A program made the position numbers and the translations under genes. Shown here piece by piece: positions 36,702-49,737 of a stretch of DNA of 64,000 bases. The stretch's first letter is position 1, and the number at the start of each line of letters is the position of its first letter. Under the pieces are notes generated by a model that saw nothing but the letters and a program-made list of their open reading frames with translations, ran no database searches and was not told the origin of the DNA. Source of the DNA: Dipteris shenzhenensis (taxonomy: Eukaryota); NCBI GenBank assembly GCA_047967505.1, contig CM106538.1; one strand, given 5' to 3'.

Positions 36702-38149
36702 CCATATTTGAGAATGAGATATTACAGCAATAGCATTTTAAAAATTATAACCTACATGTTCAAGATATTGAAATCTACATGTTCGATATACTTTCTACCA
36801 TATTTAAGAATAATATATTACAATAGAATTATAATCTATAATGCTCCATAAAAAGAAAAATATTTGATGAACTTATGAGCATCTAAAGTTGGTTTTTATC
36901 ATCATGACTTTGCTTTGGACATTCACAAACCTACCAAGTGACGATCTTATATGAGAGATTAAATTGTTTAAAACATGTCTTATCACTAAAAATTTAGTAC
37001 AATGAGTAAGTGTCATGCAAAAGAAATCTCTATCAAAGAACAACTTCTCCCAACTTGCAAAGTTCGTTATATGGCATTGCGTATAACACAGTGGATGTTT
37101 AATAAAAAACTATATGCAACCCTAAAATGTGAGTAGCTCAAGAAGTATTCTGAAGGATCACAAAGGTCCACTTTCGTAAAGGATAAATTCATTAGCGTTC
37201 ATGGCAAAATCAAATCTATAGTTTAAAAAAATTCTTATTGCAGTCCCCCACATTATGCTCTGGGGTTCTCTAGGTAATGATATCTCTAGAACTATGCCAG
37301 TTTCAAAGCAATGAATCTTTTGATTTTGAAGATACACATCTTACATGTAAAATTAATTTTAGTATTATCCCCCTAAAGTTGTTAAATTGATGTGATTAAA
37401 GAAGTGGTAAAAAATTCTAGAGTTTATAGACTTGACCTTAAAGAAGGTATAGAATATTATGCTTTTACCTTAATGGAAAAGCCTTGGATGAGATAGACTA
37501 CCTTGTCCCTTCATCTCTGTCTTATCTCCTTGCTTGTAAGGACAATCATTGCTCAAAACTTTAGATCTCTTGCATGAAAGTTTAGCTTTATAAAAGGTGG
37601 TTCAAATAAATCAAAATCTATTTCCAACGCAGTTACCTCAAACTGTAAGGACAATCATCCTTGATTGGATCAAAATAGACTAGCTTAAAGAGGGGCAGTG
37701 GATATCATCCAAAGGTTGAGTGGGAATCCATGATGTTGATTTATATCCTTGGGATTTCAATGTCAAATCCTTATATGCTTTTTATGTAATACACCACCTA
37801 GAGGGAAACAAAACTCAATCATTTTGGATTATCTCTTAATATGCTTACATACCAAAATTTGTAACATTTATTGCAAGGCATGTATTCTATGGAATATACA
37901 ACCTCTTGCTTTGGTGGTGTACGTTTCCAATAATGCGCCTCTTGTTTTGAAGATTTTGGAATGAAAGGACCCCTAGTACTTGGTTGCTTGCATGCAAGGA
38001 TGTTTAACAAGCATAACTACTATTAGCATCATTAAGTGGGACTTTTGGTTTCTCTTTGAGATACTTAAAAATTGATTCTTATCGTGTTCATTTAGTGAAC
38101 ACTCAAATATGTCGATGAGACAGGCCGAGCATGAACGAATGTACATGCA

Positions 38150-38177
38150 CGTGTGTGTGTGTGTGTGTGTGTGAGAG

Positions 38178-38243
<66 letters not shown>

Positions 38244-38515
38244 AAAAGAAGAAGAAAAGGAAGAAGCCTTTTTTTGCATTCACTCCCATTGTTAAAGAAT
38301 TATGTGGACTGATATCCCACATACGTCTATGCACATAGGCTCGTGTGTGCGCACACACACACACACACATGTGCACATGCGTACCCATGCATGAATGCAA
38401 ATGCGGACTTCATAAGCACATGCATGCACATGCATATATACATCATTGCACATGTGCACACATGGGTGACGGCTCATGCACACGCACATGCATGCGTGAG
38501 CACACATACACATGA
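38150..38515. repeat. (GT)n(GA)n microsatellite and CA/TG-rich low-complexity tract
   Basis: Dinucleotide runs at 38151-38240 and repeated cacatg/catg units at 38345-38515. Confidence 0.85.
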
Positions 38516-40696
38516 ATAAGTCCTTTGTCGATTTTCTCATATTTTTTAAGTATTGTGTGGACTTTTATAATGCATGGTGGGAGCCATTATATAAATAACC
38601 AATAAAAGGTATGAACTTATTATTTAGTCATTGTTGAATGAATGCATTATTTAGTCATTGTTGAATGAATGTAAATTCTTTAATAATTTTGAATGAATGT
38701 ACTAGTAGGAATTTTCCTACTTTACAAAATCTTTTCCCTTTATTTGACATCGATGGCAAAGAAGCCCTTTTGAAGAAACCCCCAATATGGTGATTGTTTT
38801 GGAGCAATTCAAAAGGTAGAACCAGCATATTTTATAAAGATTCCAAGGAAATGGTTTGCTTGTTTCCTTTACGCCTTTCAAGCCTCCATACCATTGGGTC
38901 CCTAGCAACTTTATAAGGAATTAAAGTAATGCAATTAATGGCACAATTTGCATTTTACAAGTGATAATATACCCTTGTAGGAGTTAGTTTAAGTATTTTT
39001 ATAACACCTTTCTTTATGATAGTCATCCCAAGAAGCCTCAAGTTTAAGGATACTTACGAGAAATCTATCCATTCAAATGTAAGGCAAAACACAAGCTTAT
39101 AGGTCCCCAAAACACAAGCTTATAGGTCCCCAAATTGAAAAAAAATCAAAGATATACTAATAAGTATATCCTTCATTCAAAGATTGAATTTTCATTTTAA
39201 GGGGGGGAAATATATTGTCAAGAACATGTAAGAAACATGTTCAATTACAATTTCAATGGCAAATTTTCTTTAGAATTACATACTCAATGGTGATTTTTCT
39301 TTACACCATGATAAACAATTTTGCAAAAAGTCGAGTATTATACTCACTAAGCAAAGCCTTGAAGTGTTTTCCTTGCATTTGCCATGATTCACTATTTACT
39401 AATTAAGCATTGCTTTTACAAAAAGTACTAGATGGCAAGTATATTGTCCTATGTTTTAAGGTTCTCAAAACGACTTAATCTACACCATGATTAATTTGTT
39501 TATAAATATTTACAATTTTGGATCCTTTTCATGATGTAAAGTCAAGATTAATACAATACTTACTATGCATGGGGAGTGTGCATTATATGTTAGGAGTCTT
39601 CCCCAAAGATTTTTAGTTGTTTTGGAGTTTATATACAAGTGCCCGCGAGAGTATCTCATGATAAGGATTTACAAAACGAGTATCTCTAAGAGCTCTCTAT
39701 GTAGTAAGGATAGGATTTGCTTTTACATAATGTATCCATACGGGTACGATTATAGTGGTTTGGAAGCATGAGTCTTTACGAGTTTTTTTAAAGCAATTGA
39801 GACTAAAATACAGAAAGAACTCGTAACAAACGCTTTGGCATATGATGCATTTGTCCCATTCATTTCTACTTATGAGTTGGTAATCCATGCAAAATTTTCA
39901 GTGTTTCAGTTGGCATTGGTTCATTTGTACTAGCAATTTGTTTGCATTGCCACAAGAAGACACACGCACATCTCCAATCCACAAATAATAGGAGCTCACA
40001 GACAGCAACAGAGGTGTATAAAACAGTTGAATCGCTTCACTACAGTTTAGCTGTTACAAGGCAAAATGGCGAGTGCATTAACTGATCGAAAGGATATTAT
40101 GCATGCTCATTTTGTGAAGAACGTACATAGGTTTTCGTTACCGGAAGCACAAACATCATGATAATACGTAATCTGAACGGGCGCAGCTTCCTTAGCCACT
40201 GACAATTGTTGCGGTGCGTTCGACAAGCTCCAAAATTTTGTCAGTTGCTGCTGCTTTTCTGGTGGGAACTCCGTCCAATCTAAGGCTTGCAGCTAAAGCC
40301 GTGCTCGCCAAGCTCTTGTGGATTGATGAGGGGAAAAAAACCAGTACAGGAGCAAAGGTGAAGGCAAAATTCGTCGTTGATTTGGTTTGGTGTGTGGAGC
40401 TTCTGCATCCTTGGTGAGAAGAGAAGGGGTGACACGGCGACGGACCAATATATATTAGAAGCTGCAACATGAGAGTAAGTATGAGCGTTGATCTGCGACG
40501 GTCGGGACGGCGTGCGAGAACTTCTTGGCTACAAGGCCAAGCGGTGGCAAATTGCGTAAGTTTTTCAAAGGTGGAAGAGATTGCTATAGAGATTGCGTAA
40601 CAGAGAGAGAGAGAGAGAGATGGAAGTGAGCAACGGATGTACAGAACGAGAGAGTTTTACAAGGAGTAAGCTCTCTCGATGTCGAAGGAGGGGGGA

Positions 40697-43600
40697 TCAA
40701 ACTCTCTCGACGATGATCTGAGCGCCATGCTTGGGCTTAAGAGTGAGCATGGTGACAGGAGCATGGCGGTAGCCCGGAGCAACGCTGAAGCGGTAGCGCA
40801 TGAGGATCATGGCGAGAACGATCTTAGCTTCCATGAGGGCGAAGCTCTGGCCGACGCAGTTGCGGGGGCCAAAGGCGAAAGGCATGAAGGCGAGGGGGTG
40901 CTTGCAAGCCTTGGCGACGCCATGCTCGAAGCGCTGCGGCTTGAATTGGTGAGCGTCGTCGCCCCAGAGTTCCGGATCGAGATGGATGGCCAGCACCGGA
41001 ATCCACACCGATGAATCCTTGGGGATGAAGAGATCTCCGAGCTTCATGTCTGTGAGAGCATATCTCGTGATCACAATCGCTGGCGGATACAGTCGCAACG
41101 TCTCGTTCAAGATCATCCCCAGCTGCAATAATCCAACATCCACACAACGATTTTTCTCATCAAACAGTAATTTCAGCTTTGAATCCGATCGCTACCACCC
41201 ACAACAACAATCGCGATCTCTCGGATCACATCAATCGCCACTCGCATTACGTTCTTGAACTCCACTCGCTACCGCGTGCTTCCTCGCAACCGAAACAAAG
41301 CTTCACCAGCAATAAGTAAAAGCCTTTGAGCATTCATGTAGCCAACAACCTAACGCTTTTGAGCATTCTGATAGCTACACGCAAACAAGACACCACAGTG
41401 CACACACAGCTTCCATGCATCCAGCAACAAGTAGCGAGAGCTTCGCGAGGTGCCACAAATTTGGAAGCTCCGTATCACTTCGATGAATCTGAGAAGTCCT
41501 CGAGTAGAGAGCTCACGGCAAGGAGGAGGTTCAGCTATATGAGCAAATGCATCACACCAATAGTAAAGCAAGAAAAACGAGCTTGCAGAGCTTCAGCCAT
41601 GGCGAAATCGATCACTACAGCGAACAATCACCTTGCAGAGCTTCAGCCATGGCGACATCAATCAATACAATAACCGACAACAGCTAGCTTGCTCGCGGTT
41701 CAGCCCGAACAACAACGAGGTTGTCAAACTACAGATCATACTATCAACAGCAATGAGCTTGCAGAGCTTCAACCATGGCGACAAGCATTCACACACCCAA
41801 GAGAGCTAGCAACAACCGCCGTGATCTTCAAGAAGATGATCGAGAGATCAGATCACCGCCGATGAGCAGCTGCAGCGATGTCGGAAAGTATCAACACAGC
41901 AACAAACAAGCATCAAGATGAAACAATAGCAATCGTATAATAACAATTCCATCGACGATCAGAGATCGGAGAGCTCCAGCTATGTCGAAACGCGTCAACA
42001 CAGCAAGCGAAGTCCGACAGCGAGATCGTAAACAAGCTATGGCGATTGAACGTTGGCGAGAAAGATGATCTTACGATCTTGAGCTTGTGGAGAGTGTCTG
42101 CATCCGGCAGCTGCTGTTGATCCTTCTCGCAAACCTCCAACACCTCCTCCCTCGCCCTCTCCTGCCACTCTTGGTTCGCTGCGAGCAGAAGCATTGCCCA
42201 TGTCAACAGCCCTGCCGTCGTCTCATGTCCCGCGAAAAAGAACGTCTTGCACTCGTCCATCAGCTGCTGCGTGCTAAACTTTGGCTTTTGCTGCTCTGGC
42301 TTCGTCGACGTCCTCATCCCCGCCCCTTCCTCGTCCTCCCTCGCCGGATTCCCATCGCTCTCCGCCAGCATCAGCCCCAATAAGTCCTTCCCATACGACG
42401 CTATCCTCCCCACGTTCACCAGATCCCTCCTCTCTTGAATTATCTCTCGCAGTGACTTCTCCATCTCCCTCTTCAATCGCCAGATTTCCACGTTCCACGA
42501 CGTTGGCAGAAACCTGCACAAGCACCCACACTTTCAAGCTTAGTGATCGCAAGATTAAAAATTCTCGCCTTTCAAGCATTGTTATGGCAACATATTAGCT
42601 ATCATGGTTTGCTGTACATCCAAGCAGAAGCTTCCTGTATGTCGTCGCCCAGGGCTGCCTGCCAGTTTCTCTTAAACATCGACAGTTCGAGAAGCAATCC
42701 ATCAATCCTTCCCAAAATGTTTCGCTAACGAGCATACAAGCAGTCTCAAAGGCAAACCACTTCATATCAATGAATTAATACACTGTTGCATTGCTGCGTT
42801 TACCTGCTCCCTGGAAGCCACACGAAATGAGCAAATTGCAGCGTAAGCTTCTGTAAGGTGGTGAGTAGCTCGAAAATTCTCTTCCCCTTCTCATAGCTGC
42901 TCCCAAATTCTGTGCAAGCAATAATGTCCGCCGTAAGCCTCCTTAGATGACTGCTCACTTCAATTTCTACTATGTTATCGCCTCCTAGCAGCTCCTCCCA
43001 GGTGCTCAAGAGCTGCTCTGTACATTTGGTCATAACTCCTGCCAAGCCCTGACCAGGCAGAACAAACATGATCAGCTAGCTTCCTTCGCTAATATTGCAT
43101 TGCTCCCTTGATCGCTGAAGCCAATTCAAATAATTGTAGGACAGAGATTCGAACAGCACGACTACCTTCAGCTTCTCAAGATGAAAAGCCGGTGCGATTA
43201 TCCTTCTTTGACGAGCCCACGATTCTCCATTTGCCATCACTACACCCTTTCCTAAGAAATGTTCTGTGCACCTCTGATGTATGAAAGATTTACCGTAAGT
43301 CAGCGCACATCTGGCTGAGAAAACCTCCCTGATAAGCTCAGGCTCCGTGACAACGATTCTAGGCTCGGAGGCTTCCCAAAAGACGAATCGTTTCCCTGCA
43401 AATTATATCCGCAGATTTCAGAATGCTCGGTAGGAAACAAAACGATGCGTAGCTAATGATTTTCACACTAGATGCAACCGAATGGTGTCCTGCAGAAAAC
43501 GTTCGCATTAAACCATGTCACGGTTCAATATACTAGGGCAAGCTCTTTTCACGGGATGGAATAGATTGTCGGTTTTTGCATTCGTGATCCCATCGACCAC

Positions 43601-43990
43601 CTTGGGGCGTAGCAGAGATCTAAAACGTTAATAAGATTCGGTCGAAGAATCATGCGCGAGTTAAAAGACGAAGCTTTTCTTACCGTAAGTTTTTGACCAT
43701 TTTGTGTAGTAAGGCAGCATCCTCTGCAGGATGTCATGCCTGAGACAGTTCAAGTCCACTGCCAATTCATTCTCTTCGAGTTTCATTATCTCGACATAAT
43801 TCCCAATCATGAAGAGCGGGCAAGGGCCTCTGACGCCCTGCTTTTCCATAGCAAGCCACAGCCACCGAGGCCGCCACCACAAGCATCTCACGACCTTGAA
43901 GGTCAAGTAGCAAGCGAGGGCGAGGCCAAAAGCGACGAGGAGAGAGGTGATGGAGGTGTTGCAGGCAGAGAATGAGGCGGAGACATCCAT
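40697..43990 (-). CDS. Cytochrome P450, CYP72 clan, CYP735A (cytokinin trans-hydroxylase)-like; 5 exons, 548 aa
   Basis: Exons 43990-43684, 43395-43166, 43048-42804, 42513-42075, 41122-40697; all GT-AG with consistent phases (1647 nt). N-terminal membrane anchor. Motifs: WARQRR (WxxxR), DECKTFFFAGHETT (I-helix), ETLRLYPP (ExxR), FKPQRF (PERF-like), heme loop FAFGPRNCVG. LTADII..TEFGSS.EKGK and YGKRF.FW recall CYP735A from memory of the family. Confidence 0.93.
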
Positions 43991-44189
43991 AAGAGGAAGG
44001 AAGGCAGGGGGAAGGACGGAGAGGTTGGCGAGAGGGATCAGGGGAGGGGGGGGGGATAATAAGAGATGGGAGCTGGGAGCAAGACAAAAGGGAGGGCAGG
44101 CGGGAAAAGGACTGTGGGTTGCCATGTGCAGCTGACAAGCATGGGGGAAAGAGAAGGACAGAGGAGGGGATCAGGAGGAGGGTGTCTCA

Positions 44190-44272
44190 ACCCAACAACA
44201 GCAGCAGCAGCAACCCAATAACAACAACAACAACAATAACAACAACAATTCAACACTTCAGCAGCAACAACA
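44190..44272 (+). repeat. (CAA/CAG)n trinucleotide repeat upstream of the P450 start
   Basis: caacaacagcagcagcagcaac...acaacaacaacaacaataacaacaac runs. Confidence 0.8.
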
Positions 44273-44720
44273 AGCTGAAGCTCATCAGCTACAGCTCTGC
44301 AGTGTGCTCTCTCACTAGTATTGGGAAAGGCAAAAGGACACGACTCCAAGGGCAACACTCACGACGTGAGCAAGCACCCCTCCGGCAGTGCAGGTTTCCG
44401 GGGAGTGCATCATCGGAAAGACAGACAGGTGTGCGGGACAACCATGGGGCCAAAAGGCTCTGTTTCATCGGGTTGCATTGCTACCTCATGCCTGTGATTT
44501 TCAGATAATAGCTTTGCAAGCTCTCCGATCAACAGCTTTATGTAGATGCATTAATTGGGTCGAATTGGATTGCATACGGCAGGATATATATCGTTAGCAT
44601 CAATCAGATCAACACAGATATTTTAGTTTATGCTCCCTAGAGGCTTAAATTATATATCTGCTCTGATTGACGCCAAAAGTTGAGTAGGAGTACCTATAGA
44701 GAATGTATAATTTAAGGGCT

Positions 44721-44798
44721 GACGCCAAAAGTTGAGTAGGAGGGTCAAGACTTGGCCTACGTGTGTGAAGGGCTTGAGTTCAAATCCCACCAGTGTCA
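44721..44798 (+). mobile_element. tRNA-derived sequence (probable SINE head or tRNA pseudogene)
   Basis: B-box/T-arm-like GAGTTCAAATCCCAC. GACGC...GTGTCA ends resemble an acceptor stem, and the 3' half resembles a plant tRNA-Leu 3' end. D and anticodon arms are not intact. Confidence 0.5.
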
Positions 44799-45559
44799 TT
44801 TGTGAAGAAAACCCCCACCCGGGTGCTTGGGCGGGCATCGAAATTATCGCAGCCACTTGCGCCTCGACATGTGGCAAAATTTTTCCTTTTCCCCTCGGGC
44901 AGGCAAGCACATCCCCAGTGTGTAACCGCCCTAAGGAGCAATGGAAGCTTACAAATCGATGCTCTAGAGAATAGGCTTATTACAGCCTAATTCCATGCAG
45001 GGGCAAATGGCCCATTTGAATGCTAGAAGGTGCATTTGAACGGTTCCCATGTGAGAGAAGAAGCAGGAGGTAAAATGGCGAAAGGAGCAAACAGGTGGTA
45101 GGATGAATCCATAATATTTTGGTGGATCTTTTAGGCCTCGTGGGTGCCACTTTCCTTGGATTAGGAGCCTCATCCTTGGACAAAGCATCCACCCAATCCC
45201 AGTGCAACAGCACCCTACTCTTTCTGTCCCAACACTGTAGTAGTCCTGCTCTGTAGCACCTTGCTCCTTTTGTGTCAGATTCACTGTTGTTTGAGAACTA
45301 AAGATGCGAGTGGCGGTTGAGAAACCCCTGAGCCATCGATGGAGGTCTGGAAACCTCATATGGCCCATTTTCCCTTGCATGGAAACACAACCTTAGAGTA
45401 GAGACCAATGGAGGAGGAGCTTGTCCTTAGAAGTAAGTAGTAATCAGAGTAGAGATGATAGATCAATGGATGGAGGACGACCTATAATAATTAGAGCAGA
45501 GATCGATTTGTGCTTAGCATTAGACCGGCAGTTAGAGCACAGATCGATCGAGTAGTTAT

Positions 45560-46250
45560 CCTTAGCAGTAATTAGAGTTTAGAGTAGAGCTCTATAGAGA
45601 ATAGGCAAGAGCATCGATCGATCATCAATGCAGCAGGCTTTAGCACTAATAAGAGCATGTAATGATCGGATTCTGTAGGGGCACCCCCAAAACAGGTGGG
45701 TGAGGGTCTTGGTAGCAGGTTTGCACAACTTGCACTTGTTGTCCACGTGCAGCCAAGGGACGTGGCTGCCAATAGGAAAATGTCCACCACCTGTCCACCT
45801 AAGGAAGAAGTTGATCTTGCTGTAGGGTGTCGCCTTCCACAGGCGTGAGAACTTGACATGCCATGTAAGTTCGGGGTCATCTCTTAGCCATCTATCGTTA
45901 AGCTTTTGAAACGAGCCCTCCTTGAATGCAAGGAGCTTATCCAAGCTTTGGCACTAATTTTGGACAAGAGAGTATCCGGCCCCCACTCCCACTCCTCCGG
46001 TAGTGATCCTTCCGAGGGGTGAATATTGGTAGGCCACTCATCCGGGACCCTACTTAGAATTCCGCACATAAAGTCCAATTCGTACTAAGTCAGTAAAAAC
46101 TTTGCCTCAACTTGCATAGGGGACAACCAATCTCGTTCACATGCATCCCAGAGGTCTTCCCACAAATACACTTCCTTAGCATCAATCTGCCCTGCAACCC
46201 CTTCATTATCCATTGCAAAGAAACCACCTCCAAGCTAGGCCGCTTGCCAC
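45560..46250 (-). mobile_element. LINE (non-LTR) ORF2 3' fragment, zf-RVT region, decayed
   Basis: W..KFSRLWKATPYSKINFFL and CKLCKPATKTLTHLFWGC (Cys/His motif typical of plant L1 C-termini), spread over frameshifted ORFs. Confidence 0.65.
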
Positions 46251-46627
46251 CTGATGCATTTTTTTTATATGATTAGTCTATCCACTTCCATTGAATGGTG
46301 CTTAGTTAGACCCATTATGTGCATCTTTTTAACAGATTCAAATGGCTAAAGACCGGCTAAGATTTTGCCTAGGTCAAATTTTTTACATTATAGTTTAAAA
46401 AGCTGACAATTTGCACACTTTAAAATTCAACCCATAAAAACCAGTGATGTGATTATAGCTTAAAAACTGGCAAATGACACGTTGGAACACATAAAAATCC
46501 AAGTGAATTTTTTGCATTAAAGTTGTAAAAACACACATTTAAACAATGAACCCATAAAAACCGGTGATATGATTATTCTTTTTTGCATTATAGGGTTTAA
46601 AAACCCAACTAAGAGCAAACAAAAGTT

Positions 46628-47700
46628 CTTTTTTTTTTTGCGGTATTAAAAGAGTCAATAACATTCCATTAAAGAAAAGAAAAGAGAAAAGTATACAAAG
46701 TAAAGAAGAAGAGTCACTGAATCTCAGTTCCATATTCTCCCTATCATCCTAAGGTTCTCATCTTTTTCCCCAAGAAACTGAACCGCTCTTTTAACTTCCT
46801 TTATTATGACCATAGCGAGCACTCTTCCATGATGAAGTCGTTTCTCTACTTCCATACATGCATGATCACAAAACCTCTGATCAACTGCCAGAGTTCATGT
46901 AAAGGGTCAGTCATGCTGCCCTTGTCTCCAAAAGGAGCCATTTTCCATCTGATCTTCAAGTGAATCTGAACGTTTGCAAGGCTTAGGCTGATCTGCCTCC
47001 AAATCTCTTTTGTGTAGAAGCAATCCCAAAAGAGGTGCATGTGAGTCTCCTTTCCTATCTTGCAGAATAAGCATACTGGAGCAATGTTTGGATTCCATTT
47101 AGCAATCCTTGCCCTCGTAGGCATTTTCCCAATAATCACTCTCCACTTCAGTAGATTTAGTTTAAAAGAGGGGGTGGCCCTCCATACCCTTCGGAGCCTT
47201 GTAGCCCAAACTTCTAAGCTGTCACCCGAGGCATGGAATTTCCACTGTGTGCTAGTAGCCAAAGGGGCACTTTTTCCACTGCGTGCTAGCTAGCAGCCAA
47301 AGGGATACTTAGAGAGTCAGTCTCCTTGAAATCCTTCATCCTATCTTTGAAAAGGGTTTGCCTGACCTCCAAACAAACCCCCTAAAGCTCACTTCCTCTT
47401 GTATATACTGGCTAGTTGGCCATTTATCTTTGATCTTACTCAATAAGATTCTTACAACTTGTCCCTCATGAGCTATCAATCCATATCTTTGTTCAATGTC
47501 TGTAAGCCGTAGCCATTTTCTAGCTCCTGGATCCCATATCTGATAAAAGGTTTGGATCCCTTTTCTAAACAGCCTAGTTGACACTCGTGGGTGGCTCTTG
47601 AGAAGCGCAGGTCCACTGTCAGCCATAGAGATCTCCCAAGGGATGCATCCCCATGAAGTGATGCGCTTGGGGAGGGTTAAGAGCAAACAAAAGTTAGAGA
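46628..47700 (-). mobile_element. 5'-truncated LINE with zf-RVT and poly(A) tail
   Basis: ORF 46846-47262: VW...PSFKLNLLKWR....KMPTR...CLFCKIGKETHMHLFWDCFYTKEIW. The T-run at ~46629-46639 reads as a poly(A) tail on minus. Confidence 0.75.
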
Positions 47701-49485
47701 GATGGTTTAGTGGGAGAAGGTATTAGAAAGATGGTTTGTAGGAGGAAGAAAAGATTTTATCAAATTTGGCAGCATTAGATTTTAGCGGCGGCAGCAGCAG
47801 CAGCATTGATGAACACAGATTTGGAGGGGCTTTGGAAGTTGGGGCCCTCGACACAAACAGCTCAGAAAGCAATAACAAGCTCGGGGCCATAGCCATACAG
47901 CCGACCATAGCCACAGTCTACAAGGCCCGCCATGCCTGCTTCTTCCCAAGGTGAGCCCAACAGCCTCAGAGGAAGACGACGTGAACTGCCCAATTTGAAC
48001 GTACTCTAACTTGTAAACACCGCCGTCCCGCAACTCTGCAACATCATTTCGTTAGATCTCATCAATTTGATGCTCCTCTGCTGTCTGCTCTTTCAGCTCT
48101 GCTCCTTGCTCAGTGATCATCAGCCATCAGACAGATTCCAATTTCCGCCTCATCACGCTGTTTTTTACGGTGGCAAGTTGCAGCATGATCACCAATCATG
48201 CTCCACGCAAAGGAAAACCTGGAGGCTGGAGCCTGGATCCTGGAGGCAGGATGATGGATCCTGCCGATCGTGGTGCCCCAGCTCGGGTGGCGATGGGATT
48301 GCTGCTCTTGCCTCATTGATCATTCTCGTGACAGAGTGGATGCATCATGCATCAACTCGATTCTCATGGCTATGGGCTATGGCTGCTGGCATCTGGCAGC
48401 TTCTTCACCATTCATGACACCGCTCTGAATCCTGATTCACCAGAATCACTACCCTCACATCACCTTCACGTTTCTCCAAATCCCTATCTCGATTCGCAGA
48501 AACCAAGTACTCCGTCAGTTAAGAGACCACACACATACACTGATACACAAAACCCTACAGTGATGAGACCGCACCGCTTGCATATCCCCTCTCGGATACT
48601 CTTATCGTGTAACGTGCATTCATGCATGGGGAGGCGTATAAATATGGATAAATCTCTGAATGTGGGCGATTTTGTTTCTGGCTTGTGAGGCCGAATCGTG
48701 CAAAGAACCGTGCATGTAGCCGCAACCGTTACAATATATGTCCTGTGCGATGTGAATACTGCGTGTACGCCTGCTAAATATAATTGGATCTTTTGGGGAG
48801 GATGCTTCCAAGTTCCCCTCTCAAAACTTGGAAGTCTACCAAGTAGAGAATTTGATTCGCGCTTTGCTTACCCCATCCTCGAGCTTACGTCTAAGAATTT
48901 TGTGAAATTGCGCGCCCTTCCGACTTTGATTAATGCTATTGAATCTGCTCCGATGGTAATGTTTCTTTGATTAGCAGCAAAAAGTTTACAGAGCGGCCCG
49001 GTCTTCCCATCGATTAGTTTCCGACTTTGACTAATTTTGTTGAAACCCCACTGATGGCAATGTTTCTTTGATTAGCCGCAAAAAGTTAAGAGAGTCCGAT
49101 ATGATCACGCCGGTTTCTCCATCGATTCATGGGTATCCTGATTTGATACATACGGCGGCCCGAATGTACAGCAGAATGCGCACGTTAAAACAGCCGCAGC
49201 TCCGGCCATATCTGATGTATTCATATTCTTTCGGTTACGTAAATTAATGTTGTTGCCGTTGCACATTGCTCACGCTTATCTCGCCCGTGTGTACTTCCGA
49301 CCTTGAATTGCAGGTTTGCAGAGTGTCAATGTGGATTGAAGTTGGAGCCTGGAGGTGGCCAATCTTGTCCGCCGAACGATCGTAAGTCGGCCTGCAGGCA
49401 GCAGCAACAACATGACCCAAGGTTCCAACCAATAAATCCATCGACACTGGCATTGTTCCAGCTGTGCGGCGTCTGTACATCAGAT

Positions 49486-49737
49486 CAGCCGTGAAATTTG
49501 AAGCCTTCAACGACCTTCAAAGCCCTTTAGGCATAGGGAAGGAAAAGCCCTTTAGGCATAGGGAAGGAAGGCCATTGGAAAAATTGAGGTTGCAAATGAA
49601 GGCCAACAATTGAACAAGGTTGCAAATTTTTGCATATAAAAACATGTATTTACCCCTATTTACTTACTTTTGAAGGCCAATGACAGATTTTGTCCTTCAA
49701 TATGGAGGTTAGGGCACGCCTTCAAATTTCAGGGCTG
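49486..49737. mobile_element. hAT-type MITE (252 bp)
   Basis: TIRs CAGCCGTGAAATTTGAAG / CTTCAAATTTCAGGGCTG (17/18). 8-bp TSD catcagat/cctcagat (7/8). Internal 25-bp tandem duplication at ~49520-49568. Confidence 0.8.

Noticed and set aside
40679-41014. Plus-strand 111-aa ORF and other ORFs antisense to P450/GH28 exons
   Set aside because: Shadow ORFs opposite GC-rich coding exons.
44721-44798. Functional tRNA gene
   Set aside because: D-arm and anticodon arm cannot be folded convincingly; treated as a tRNA-derived relic.
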